Made by a program: the position numbers and the translations under genes. A stretch of 25,398 nt of DNA from Candidatus Eiseniibacteriota bacterium (GTDB taxonomy: Bacteria > Eisenbacteria > RBG-16-71-46). The notes under the pieces are model-generated. The model searched no databases and was not told where the DNA came from. It saw only the letters and a program-made list of their open reading frames with translations. Positions 9,348 through 17,926 of this stretch are shown piece by piece. The number at the start of each line of letters is the position of its first letter. Within the stretch, counting starts at the first letter, position 1. Where the stretch lies: NCBI GenBank assembly GCA_031364845.1, contig JANLWX010000161.1, positions 1-25,398 on the forward strand, given 5' to 3'.

Positions 9348-10403
9348 GTGGCGCTGATCAATCATCGAGCCCGCGAGATCCACTTCAAGATCGTTTATTA
9401 CGGTCCGAGCCTGGGCGGGAAAACCACCAATCTGCGCATGTTGCACGAGCGTCTGCCCGCCGACCGGCGCGGCAAGATGCTGTCGATCGCGACTGACCAC
9501 GAGCGCACGCTGTTCTTCGACTTCCTCCCGTTCGCGCTCGGCCAGATCCAGGGCTATACCACCCGCATTCATCTTTATACGACGCCCGGCCAGGCCTACT
9601 ACCGGTTGTCGCGGCGCGCGGTGCTCCAGGGGCTCGACGGGCTCGTGTTCGTCGCCGACTCGCACCCCGCGCGTGAGAGTGCCAACCTCGAGTCGCTCGA
9701 AGACCTTCACGAACACCTGGGCGCGATCGGCATGACGCCCGAGCAGCGCGAGAAGCTGGCGTGGGTGTTCCAGTACAACAAGCGCGATCTGCCGGCCGCG
9801 ATGCCGATCGACCGGATGCGCCGGGCGCTCAATCGGCATGCGGCGCTCGAATTCGAAGCGGCGGCATCCGAAGGCCGCGGCGTCTCCGAGACCTTGCGTG
9901 CGATCTGCAAGGGTGTGATCGCGCAGGTGAACGTGACCGGCATTCCGGCGCTCGTCGGTGCTCAGGCGGCGCCCGCGATCGTTCCGCCGGCGGCACCGAT
10001 CACTCCGCCGGCCCGCAGCGTCGTTCGTCCGGCGCCAATGCCGGCGCGCGCCGTGGTGAGACCGGCGGCCGGCTACGCACCCACGATCGCGCCGCACGTC
10101 CGACCGATCACGGAGTTCGCTCCGGTTACGCCCGCCCGCCCGGTTGTCGGGAATCCGCCGGCGCCGGCTGCGAGAACGATCGTCGCGAATCCTCCCACGC
10201 CGGCAATGCCATCCGCCCCGATCGTGACGAATGTGTTCACGCCCGCGCCGCGCGTGCCGACCGCGGCTTCCGAGCCGTCTTCAGAAGCGTCCGTGCCGTC
10301 CCCGCCCGCACGATCGGTTCCGGCGACTCCGCCGCCCGCGCGCGTCACGCGTCCGCGACGGCGCGGGTCGCGATCGCGCGCCGCCCGCCGTTCGCGGGGA
10401 TGA
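9348..10403 (+). CDS. mglA: MglA-family small GTPase with a C-terminal Pro/Ala-rich, Arg-ended extension
   Basis: Motifs KIVYYGPSLGGKTTNL, ERTLFFDFLP (R53), YTTPGQ (Q82), DGLVFVADS and QYNKRDL. GGAGA RBS precedes the GTG. Confidence 0.9.
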   Translation: MALINHRAREIHFKIVYYGPSLGGKTTNLRMLHERLPADRRGKMLSIATDHERTLFFDFLPFALGQIQGYTTRIHLYTTPGQAYYRLSRRAVLQGLDGLVFVADSHPARESANLESLEDLHEHLGAIGMTPEQREKLAWVFQYNKRDLPAAMPIDRMRRALNRHAALEFEAAASEGRGVSETLRAICKGVIAQVNVTGIPALVGAQAAPAIVPPAAPITPPARSVVRPAPMPARAVVRPAAGYAPTIAPHVRPITEFAPVTPARPVVGNPPAPAARTIVANPPTPAMPSAPIVTNVFTPAPRVPTAASEPSSEASVPSPPARSVPATPPPARVTRPRRRGSRSRAARRSRG

Positions 10404-10855
10404 ACCCGCTCGTCCGGCTACTCGCCACACTCGGGCCCGCAGGATACGTTCCGATCGCACCCGCCACCGCGGGCAGCGCGCTGATCGCCGCGATCGGGTG
10501 GTTTCTCCCGATCCCACCGCTTCCGATCACGTTCGTCCTGCTCGCCATCGGCACGGCATTCGCCGTGTGGATCGCGGGTGAAGCCGAGAAGGAATTCGGC
10601 CACGACGCCAAGCCGATCGTCGTCGATGAAGCGGTCGGCCAGACTATCGCGCTCCTGTTCGTGCCCCACGTGTGGTGGGCGTTCGCCTCGGCGTTCGTTC
10701 TCTTCCGCGTGTTCGATGTGTGGAAGCCGCTCGGTGCCAATCAGGCGCAGAAGCTCCCCGGCGGCTTTGGCATCGTCGCCGACGATGTCATCGCCGGCGT
10801 CGTGGCATGCGGTGTGTTTCACCTCGCCCTCCGGATGATCCCGATCGCCCGCTGA
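10400..10855 (+). CDS. pgpA: Phosphatidylglycerophosphatase A
   Basis: Motifs GYVPIAPATAGS, HDAKPIVVDEAVG, FRVFDVWKP and GIVADDVIAG. ATGA overlap with the mglA stop. Confidence 0.93.
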   Translation: MNPLVRLLATLGPAGYVPIAPATAGSALIAAIGWFLPIPPLPITFVLLAIGTAFAVWIAGEAEKEFGHDAKPIVVDEAVGQTIALLFVPHVWWAFASAFVLFRVFDVWKPLGANQAQKLPGGFGIVADDVIAGVVACGVFHLALRMIPIAR

Positions 10856-10998
10856 GCGCGGTTTTCGCGCTCATCATGGCATCCGCGGCGGCGCATTTCG
10901 CATGCGCTGCCCGAGCAGAACGCAGCGTTTGGCGATGCCCGACCCATGAACGCGGCTCCAACCCGTTGAAGCCCACGGCCCGCGGCCCGCTTCGCTCG

Positions 10999-11014
10999 CG
11001 GCCCGTCGCTTGCC
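10999..11014 (+). promoter_or_regulatory. Putative sigma54 (-24/-12) promoter of the minor pilin operon
   Basis: CGGCCCG-TCGC-TTGCC compared with consensus TGGCACG-N4-TTGCW. Exact GG-N10-GC spacing, 40 bp before the first pilin start. Confidence 0.5.
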
Positions 11015-11053
11015 CTATTCCAGTGGCTCGGCCGGTACAGACGGGGGAATGCG

Positions 11054-11533
11054 GTGCACTGCAATCGTGGGTTCACGCTGGTGGAATTGATGGTGACATT
11101 CGTCGTTGCCGGGATCCTGATCGCCAGCAGTGTCCCCGGCTTCATGAAGTCGATGCGCGTCCATCGGGACGCGCAGGGGCGTGAGCAGTTGGTGCAGCAC
11201 CTCCGTGCGGCCCGGCAGTCGGCGATCGCCAAGCACTGTCCGGTCATCGTCCGGTTCGGGAACGGCACCAACACGTCGAACATCGAGAGCTACGTCATTC
11301 ATGAAGACACGAACAACGACCGCATCCTGCAATCCACCGAGCGGCAAATGGTACGCAATCTGCCCCAGGGCGTGCTGCTCAGCCAGGTCCAGCTCGCGCC
11401 GACCGACTCGCTGATCTTCGACATCAGCGGAACGCTGTGGCCGGGAACCAACGGCGGACGGCTGATCCTCGCGACGCGCGGCGCCCCCGACACGCTGATG
11501 GTGACCGCGGTCGGAATGGTCTACCAGCCATGA
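11054..11533 (+). CDS. Type IV minor pilin, FimT/FimU/GspH-like
   Basis: Prepilin site RG|FTLVE, a hydrophobic helix, and the LRAARQSAI and IFDISG motifs typical of FimT-like pilins. Confidence 0.85.
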   Translation: MHCNRGFTLVELMVTFVVAGILIASSVPGFMKSMRVHRDAQGREQLVQHLRAARQSAIAKHCPVIVRFGNGTNTSNIESYVIHEDTNNDRILQSTERQMVRNLPQGVLLSQVQLAPTDSLIFDISGTLWPGTNGGRLILATRGAPDTLMVTAVGMVYQP

Positions 11534-11946
11534 CCGCGCGACCGAAGCTCCAACACCCGCGGCATTCGCACGCCGCCGGATTCACGCTGATCGAGGTCAT
11601 GGTGGCGCTCGTCATCATTTCGGTGGGACTCATGGCGCTGGTCGGGCTGGTTCCGCTCGGTTCCAAACAGGTCGCGAGCACGACTCAGCGTTCACGCGCA
11701 TCGCAGCTCGCCGCGGGGCGCGCGGAGCGCCTGCTGATCACGCCTTACTCGGACGATGATCTGGTGCCGGGAGCGCATCTGGACGATGCCAACCCGATCG
11801 AGGGCAAATATTGGGTCCGATGGACCGTCGAAGACGACCAACCGATCCCCGGTTGCAAGCGGATCGTAGTGAAGACGGCGGTCGGATCCGCCGGAGCGGC
11901 GGCGCTCTCGACGGTGGTCATCGTCGTGCCGCGGACCGGAGGCTGA
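11530..11946 (+). CDS. Type IV minor pilin, PilV-like
   Basis: AG|FTLIEVMVALVIISVGLMAL. ATG 11530 overlaps the upstream TGA. Confidence 0.85.
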   Translation: MTARPKLQHPRHSHAAGFTLIEVMVALVIISVGLMALVGLVPLGSKQVASTTQRSRASQLAAGRAERLLITPYSDDDLVPGAHLDDANPIEGKYWVRWTVEDDQPIPGCKRIVVKTAVGSAGAAALSTVVIVVPRTGG

Positions 11947-11947
11947 C

Positions 11948-12814
11948 ATGCATCGCAATTCGCTACACCGACGTCACACGCAACGAGGTTCGGGCCTGGT
12001 CGAGCTGATGGTCGCCACCGTGCTCATCGGTGTCGTCATGGTCGCCGTGTTCGGTTTCCTGTTCCGAACCTCCGATGAATCGCGGCGTATATCGGGGATC
12101 GTGGAGGCGCGCCAGAATGCGCGGCTTGCGATTCAGCTGCTCGAGCGCGACGTCCGCATGGCAGGTTCGGGATGGGGGCGCGCGAAAGTGATCTCGTCGT
12201 CAAACGGGACGCCGGTCGAGCTCTACGGCATCAATCCCGGATTCGTGGGCGGCGCCGGCAGCGACTCGATCGAGATCGTCGGGGCGTGGTCCGATGCGAC
12301 CGCGCTGCGCGCCAAGATGCCGAACGCGAGTGCCATCATCAAGGGCTCGAATGTGAACGGCTTCAAGAACAACGATCTGTGTGTGATCACCAACGGCGCG
12401 AGCGCACACCTGTTCCAGGTGACGCACGTGGCGCAGCCTCCGGGCGACCTCCAGCACAATCCGACCTCGCCGCTCAACGTCCCCGGCGGGTTCTCGAACT
12501 GGCCCTCGGGCGGATACGGAACCGGGGCTTCGGTGCTCAAGATCGATCGCGTGGTCTACCGGCTCGACAATGTGAACTTCCGGCGCCCGTGTCTGGTGCG
12601 GCAGGAATTCGGAAAGCCGCCGCAGGTCACGGCGTGGGACGTCAAGCAGTTCACCGTCAAGTACCGGATGCAGGATGGAAGCTGGACGCGCAATCCGTCG
12701 AGCATCGCGTCCATCGACCGGATCCGGCCGGCCATCGTCATGCGAATCGACAAGCCGGGCAAACCGGCGTTTGTGGACTCATGCTGGGCGGAGATTCGTC
12801 CGCGAACGTTCTGA
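11948..12814 (+). CDS. Type IV minor pilin, PilW-like
   Basis: RG|SGLVELMV prepilin site and the QNARLAIQLLERDVRMAG motif characteristic of PilW. Confidence 0.85.
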   Translation: MHRNSLHRRHTQRGSGLVELMVATVLIGVVMVAVFGFLFRTSDESRRISGIVEARQNARLAIQLLERDVRMAGSGWGRAKVISSSNGTPVELYGINPGFVGGAGSDSIEIVGAWSDATALRAKMPNASAIIKGSNVNGFKNNDLCVITNGASAHLFQVTHVAQPPGDLQHNPTSPLNVPGGFSNWPSGGYGTGASVLKIDRVVYRLDNVNFRRPCLVRQEFGKPPQVTAWDVKQFTVKYRMQDGSWTRNPSSIASIDRIRPAIVMRIDKPGKPAFVDSCWAEIRPRTF

Positions 12815-12825
12815 GGGAGGCAATC

Positions 12826-14457
12826 ATGCGCACCGCACCCTATGAGTGCGCGCCGAATCAGCGAGGGATCGCGCTCGTCGCCGCACTGCTCGCTCTGGTC
12901 GTCGCCTTCGCGATGGCTGGAACGTTCATGCTCACCACCGTGGGCGAGAAGTCGCTCACCGGCAATGTGCACGTCGCCAGGAACGCATTGTTCGCGGCAG
13001 ACGCGGGCGTGCGCATGTCGCAGCAGTCACTCGCGAACATGGCACAGGCCAAGCTCGACAGCCTGATCAACTTCTGGCCGGGCGGCTCCGCTCCGGTGAT
13101 CCCCAATCCGCAGGGCCTATTCCCTGCAGGGGATGTTGTCGTCAGCTGCACGTCGCCGCGGTTCACGAGCCTCGCTCAGATCACGTTCGCCGACAGCGTC
13201 ATCGCCGACACGGCTCAGGTCTACAATTACAACTACAGCATCATCGCGAGCGGTGGGTCGGGCGCGTTCGGAGCGCGTCGTGTGCAGAGCCAGGGCATTC
13301 TACGCGTCAGCGCTTCCAACGGAACATTTGCGGACTTCCTGATGTTCACCGACATCCATCAGTTTCCGGGCGGCGGAGACGTGTGGTTCTCATCGAGCGG
13401 CACGTTCGACGGACGCGTGCATACCAATGGGAAGTTCAAGTTCTCCTACGCGCCGACGTTCCACGATCACGTATCGAGCGTGAACACCAAGGCGACGTAC
13501 TACAACTATGGGTCCCCAACCGACCTTGCCTCGGACCACAACGGCAACATCGACGTACCGAACTTCTACGGAGGTTTTCAACGCGGCGTTCCGAGCGTCG
13601 ATCTGCCGCCGAACTCAAACATCCAACAAAACGCGGCCCTCGGGCTGCCGACGAGTTCGCCGCTGCCGACCAATACGGCGATCAACGCAGCGATCGGCGG
13701 GAGCGGCTCGGGAACTCCTCCCAACGGCATCTATTTGATCAACTCGAGCGGATCCGTGAGCGGGGGAATCTACATTCAGGGCACGCTCGACCAGTGCGCG
13801 ATGTCCGTCGATGCGGATGGCCGCCAGATCTACGATCTGGTCCAGGGTTCTACGCGCCGGCTGATCACTGTGGACTCGACAGCGTCGGTGACCACCGTCT
13901 GGGACGGCTCGACCACCACAACCTACGCCGGCGCGCCATCGGGATCGATGTTCGTGAACGGCACGGTCCTCGACCTGCGGGGTCCGGATCGTGACGCGAG
14001 CCCGAGTCCGCCGCCCGCACTCGCGGACGAGACCCAGTTGCTCATCACGGCGACCGGCGACATCGTGATCAAGCGCGACGTCACCTGCGAGGACTACGAA
14101 GCGGGCGTGAACGTGCTCGGACTATACTCGACCGGCGGCAGCGTGAGGATCGGCACGGCGGCTCCCAACGATCTCTACATCGATGCATACGTGATGGCGA
14201 CCGGCTCACTCGGCGCGTTCAAGGTCGACAACCATAGTTCCGGCTCTCCGCGCGGGACCGTGCACTTCCGAGGCGGCATGGTCTCGCGATACTACGGAGC
14301 GTTCTACACGTTCAATTCGAGCGGCGACGTGCTGAGCGGTTACACGCGCGACTTCCACTACGACCGGCGCGGATTCGTGCCGCCGTTCTATCCGAGCGTC
14401 AACCTGTTCGTTGCCGATCAGCCGCTGGCTCGCACGCTGGTCTGGAAGGAGCTCTAA
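12826..14457 (+). CDS. Large PilX-like minor pilin (543 aa) with an extended beta-rich C-terminal domain (DUF4900-like by recollection)
   Basis: RG|IALVAALL lacks Glu5, as in PilX/GspK. Motifs ALFAADAG, DGRVHTNG and YDRR..PPFYP. GGAGG RBS before ATG 12826. Confidence 0.82.
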   Translation: MRTAPYECAPNQRGIALVAALLALVVAFAMAGTFMLTTVGEKSLTGNVHVARNALFAADAGVRMSQQSLANMAQAKLDSLINFWPGGSAPVIPNPQGLFPAGDVVVSCTSPRFTSLAQITFADSVIADTAQVYNYNYSIIASGGSGAFGARRVQSQGILRVSASNGTFADFLMFTDIHQFPGGGDVWFSSSGTFDGRVHTNGKFKFSYAPTFHDHVSSVNTKATYYNYGSPTDLASDHNGNIDVPNFYGGFQRGVPSVDLPPNSNIQQNAALGLPTSSPLPTNTAINAAIGGSGSGTPPNGIYLINSSGSVSGGIYIQGTLDQCAMSVDADGRQIYDLVQGSTRRLITVDSTASVTTVWDGSTTTTYAGAPSGSMFVNGTVLDLRGPDRDASPSPPPALADETQLLITATGDIVIKRDVTCEDYEAGVNVLGLYSTGGSVRIGTAAPNDLYIDAYVMATGSLGAFKVDNHSSGSPRGTVHFRGGMVSRYYGAFYTFNSSGDVLSGYTRDFHYDRRGFVPPFYPSVNLFVADQPLARTLVWKEL

Positions 14458-14458
14458 G

Positions 14459-14749
14459 ATGCAGCTCAACTCGAGCTCGTTTTCCCGTGGTCGCGCTTCC
14501 CGCCCGCGTCCGCAACCGCCCTCCAATGAACCTGCCCGGCGCGGGATCAGCCTGCGCGGCGTGGCGTGGGCCGCGCTGGCTGTGATGCTGCTGTTCGCTG
14601 CGGCGAGTGTGGTGCCGTCGTTCTTCGCCTCAGAGGCCGAGCCGGTTCAGGTGTCCTCGGTAAAGCCGGCGCCCGTGGCGAAACCCGGCGTGAAGGCACG
14701 GATCAAGGCGTTCTTCGGACCGGGCCGGGGTCAGCCCCTCAACGGCTGA
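14459..14749 (+). CDS. Small single-pass membrane protein of unknown function
   Basis: Starts 1 nt after the pilX-like stop. Basic N-terminus and one hydrophobic segment (GVAWAALAVMLLFAAASVV); 96 aa. Confidence 0.5.
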   Translation: MQLNSSSFSRGRASRPRPQPPSNEPARRGISLRGVAWAALAVMLLFAAASVVPSFFASEAEPVQVSSVKPAPVAKPGVKARIKAFFGPGRGQPLNG

Positions 14750-16457
14750 TCGAAGCCGCGGAGCGCGGCATGAGCCGCTCGACGCGGCGGCGTTCGCGCG
14801 CGATACCGCTCTTGAACGCGCGCGCCGCATCGTCGATCTGGAGCGCATCCGCGCGCTCCAGTAGCGCGCGCGCCGCGGGATAGTCGCCGGTCTTCGCAAG
14901 ATTGAGGGCCGCGAGGTACGCGCGCATCGCTTCCGGCTCGACGAGTGCCACCGGCTTCGGTCCTGCCGACTCGAACTCGACGATCGCCGCGAGAGCTGAA
15001 TCGGGATGCGCGCGCAAGCGCTCGTAAGGCACCCACTCGACGGTCGCATCGCGATACCAGGTGCGCGCCGCGTTCGGACCACCGAACGCATATCCCGCCG
15101 ACTGCGGAGGCGTGAGCACGCCGATGCGCATGCCGGGCGTCGCGTGTGGGACGCGCGCCATCAACGCCAGTCGCGTGGTGCGCATCAGGCGCTGGAGCCG
15201 CGTCACGCGCTCGAAGTCCACGAATGATCCCGAAGTGGGTGCCATCCATGTGACCCGCGTGGGCGGCGCCGGCGCGAATGCGAATCCCGCCAGCCGCACG
15301 GCGACCACGCCGACCAGCAGCGTCGGATGGATGAGCCATGTGATTTCGGCGGCGAGTGCGACGATGCCGATCGTTCCGAACGCCGAACGCACCGGCGACC
15401 AGTACGGATGTACGACCACCAGCATCGCCGAGGACGCGAGAAACCAGGCGCCACCCCACAGGACCCACGGACGTGCCGCGCGCCATCGCGGCCGATGCGT
15501 GCCCGAGCGCAGCGCGATCGCGGCCCCCACGAACACGAGCAGCGCGAGCAGTGAACCCACCGCCCGATCGTAGCTGGCTTCGGCCGGGGGCAGGCTGACC
15601 GTCGCGCGCAGGCTATTCGTGATCGCCCACGCAAGCCGGTCCCACCACGTCGCCGTTGCGAGGGTCTGCTCGAGCTGATGCGGCAGGGTGAGATGCGCCT
15701 GCTGGCGCACGACAAGGTAGACGATCGCCCACACCGCTGCGAGCGCGACGAACGCGGCGAGCCATCGCAGCCGCGCGCGATCCTCGCGCGGCCCGATACC
15801 AGGCATGAGCGGCAGCAACACCGCCGCGATGACTGCGACCTCCTTGCACAGGAGGGCGGCCGCGAGTGACAGCAGTGCTGTCGGCATGCGCCGCCGCGCG
15901 GTCTCGTGCGCGGCGAGCGCCACGAACAGCCACACGCCGAGATCCACGAAGTCCGAGGGCCACGCGATCATCATGCGCGTGGATTCGGAGAGCAGCGGCG
16001 CGCTCGCGACCACCGCCGCCCACGCGCCGGGCTGCGCGGTCGCGAACGCGCGATAGAGCAGCAGCGTGGCGAGCATCAGCAGCGCCACATGAAGCCCCGC
16101 GATCAGCGCGGGTGCTGCGAGGATTCCGCGCGCGAACGCGAGGTAGTAGAGCTGATGCGGGATCGGCCGCCAAAACGCGTTCGATCCGCCGCCGTCCCAC
16201 GGCGTGAAGTGGCCGAACAACGCGCGCTGGAGAAAGTCGAAGTCCTCGGCCACCGGTTCGCCGAGCGGAGCGCCCCACGCGCGCGCGACAACGACCAGGA
16301 CCGCCGCGATGGACGCGAGCGCCCACGGATCGCGCCACAGCGGGCGCATGGGAAGCGTTTCAGGGGACCCACCGCGCCTGCCGCCGACGGAGAGCGGATC
16401 GGGGGACGGGAGGTCGTTCGTGCGGGAAGGCGCGCGATCGCGCGGAGTCGAAGGCAT
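14739..16457 (-). CDS. Polytopic membrane protein, GT-C-fold glycosyltransferase-like, with a C-terminal TPR-like helix pair (alternative start at 16349)
   Basis: About 11-13 hydrophobic segments. Acidic EDFD follows TM1, with FWRP and LLCKE motifs. The upstream part of the 1033-aa ORF is antisense to cinA and was excluded. Confidence 0.7.
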   Translation of the reverse strand: MPSTPRDRAPSRTNDLPSPDPLSVGGRRGGSPETLPMRPLWRDPWALASIAAVLVVVARAWGAPLGEPVAEDFDFLQRALFGHFTPWDGGGSNAFWRPIPHQLYYLAFARGILAAPALIAGLHVALLMLATLLLYRAFATAQPGAWAAVVASAPLLSESTRMMIAWPSDFVDLGVWLFVALAAHETARRRMPTALLSLAAALLCKEVAVIAAVLLPLMPGIGPREDRARLRWLAAFVALAAVWAIVYLVVRQQAHLTLPHQLEQTLATATWWDRLAWAITNSLRATVSLPPAEASYDRAVGSLLALLVFVGAAIALRSGTHRPRWRAARPWVLWGGAWFLASSAMLVVVHPYWSPVRSAFGTIGIVALAAEITWLIHPTLLVGVVAVRLAGFAFAPAPPTRVTWMAPTSGSFVDFERVTRLQRLMRTTRLALMARVPHATPGMRIGVLTPPQSAGYAFGGPNAARTWYRDATVEWVPYERLRAHPDSALAAIVEFESAGPKPVALVEPEAMRAYLAALNLAKTGDYPAARALLERADALQIDDAARAFKSGIARERRRVERLMPRSAASISR

Positions 16458-16571
16458 GGCGGCTCGAGTCACGCACGCTAGCGCGATGAACGCACGATGT
16501 CTAACCCGATTCCATTCATGAGCCCGCCCCTCGGCTGGCGGTTCATGAACGGACCGGGCTAACATGAGGCG

Positions 16572-17828
16572 GTGCAGATCGAGATCGTCACCATCGGCAA
16601 TGAGATCCTGTCGGGCCGCACCGTCGACACCAATTTCGCCTGGCTCGCGCGCGGCCTCGAAGAGGCCAGTGTGCAGGTCGCCTGGCATAGCACGGCGGGT
16701 GATTCCGGCGAGCGCATCGCGGAGGCGCTCACGCGCGCGATCGCGCGCGCGGATGCCGTCGTCCTCACCGGCGGACTCGGCCCGACTCCCGACGACATGA
16801 CGCGCAAGGCGGTTGCGACCGTGCTCGGGCGATCTCTGCGGCTCGACGAGGAAGTGCTCGCGTCGATCCGCGAGCGCGCGCGCAAGCTCGGACGTATGCT
16901 GCCGCAATCGGTCGAGAGCCAGGCGCTGATCCCGGTCGGAGCCCAAGCGTGGCACAACCGTCTCGGCACCGCACCCGGTCTGCTGCTGATGCACGACGAG
17001 ACGCCGATCATCCTGCTGCCCGGCGTGCCTTACGAAATGGAGGGCCTCGCGAAGGAGTTCGCGATTCCCTACCTGCGCGCCCGCACCGGGCGGCGGGTCG
17101 AGACCTTCACGCTGCGCACGGCCGGCGTGTCGGAGAGCATGTTGCAGGAGAAGATCGCGCTGCTGCCGCAGGGCTGGCCGGGGGCAACGCTCGCATATCT
17201 GCCGAGCTACTTCGGCGTCGATCTGCGCGTGACGGTGACCGGCGACGATCCGGAACGCGTCGGACTCGTGACGGCGAAGGCGTACGATCAGTTGCGAGCG
17301 GTCGCCGCTCCGGTGATGTATGCGGAGGGCGCGACACCGCTGGAGCAGGTGGTCGGGGAGACGCTGATGGAACTCGGCGCGCGTGTCGTCACCGCCGAGT
17401 CGTGCACCGGCGGGCTGGTGGCGAAGCGGCTCACCGACACGCCGGGTTCCTCGCGCTACTTCGAGCGCGGCTTCGTGACCTACTCCAACGTATCGAAGGT
17501 CCAGCTGCTCGGGGTGAAGGCGAGCGATCTTGAAGCGTATGGTGCCGTGAGTGCCCCGATCGCCGAGCAGATGGCGGAGGGCGCGGCCAAGCGCGCGGGC
17601 GTCGAGGCCGCGGTCAGCATCACCGGTGTCGCGGGTCCCGAAGGCGGCAGCGAAGAGAAGCCGGTGGGAATGGTGTTCATCGCGGTCCACGGCAAACGCG
17701 GCACCGCGGTGCGCAAGTATCAGTTCGTCGGAACCCGCAACACGATCCGTGAGCGCGCGGCACAGATCGCGCTCGATCTGCTGAGGCGCCACCTGCGCGG
17801 AATGCCGCTCGAGGCGACGCTGGAGTGA
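16572..17828 (+). CDS. cinA: Competence/damage-inducible protein CinA (MoCF-like + PncC NMN deamidase)
   Basis: Motifs IGNEILSGRTVDTN, TGGLGPTPDD, GTAPG, LPGVP, AESCTGG and SITGVAGP. Confidence 0.96.
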   Translation: MQIEIVTIGNEILSGRTVDTNFAWLARGLEEASVQVAWHSTAGDSGERIAEALTRAIARADAVVLTGGLGPTPDDMTRKAVATVLGRSLRLDEEVLASIRERARKLGRMLPQSVESQALIPVGAQAWHNRLGTAPGLLLMHDETPIILLPGVPYEMEGLAKEFAIPYLRARTGRRVETFTLRTAGVSESMLQEKIALLPQGWPGATLAYLPSYFGVDLRVTVTGDDPERVGLVTAKAYDQLRAVAAPVMYAEGATPLEQVVGETLMELGARVVTAESCTGGLVAKRLTDTPGSSRYFERGFVTYSNVSKVQLLGVKASDLEAYGAVSAPIAEQMAEGAAKRAGVEAAVSITGVAGPEGGSEEKPVGMVFIAVHGKRGTAVRKYQFVGTRNTIRERAAQIALDLLRRHLRGMPLEATLE

Positions 17829-17889
17829 GGAGTGAGGCACGAATGAAGGCGGCCCGCGTCGGGGCCGATAACGGGCATGACACGCAGGA

Positions 17890-17919
17890 TTGACGCCCGC
17901 TCGACTTCCACCGTAGGGT
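17890..17919 (+). promoter_or_regulatory. Putative sigma70 promoter for the metal efflux operon
   Basis: TTGACG, 18-bp spacer, TAGGGT; ends 7 nt before GTG 17927. Confidence 0.35.
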
Positions 17920-17926
17920 TTACGAC

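Noticed and set aside
16458..17840. N-terminal half of the 1033-aa minus-strand ORF as a giant fusion
   Set aside because: It is antisense to cinA; membrane-protein character begins only at 16457/16349.
17896..17925. MerR-type operator in the czc promoter
   Set aside because: The spacer is 18 bp rather than 19-20 bp, and no convincing dyad lies between -35 and -10.
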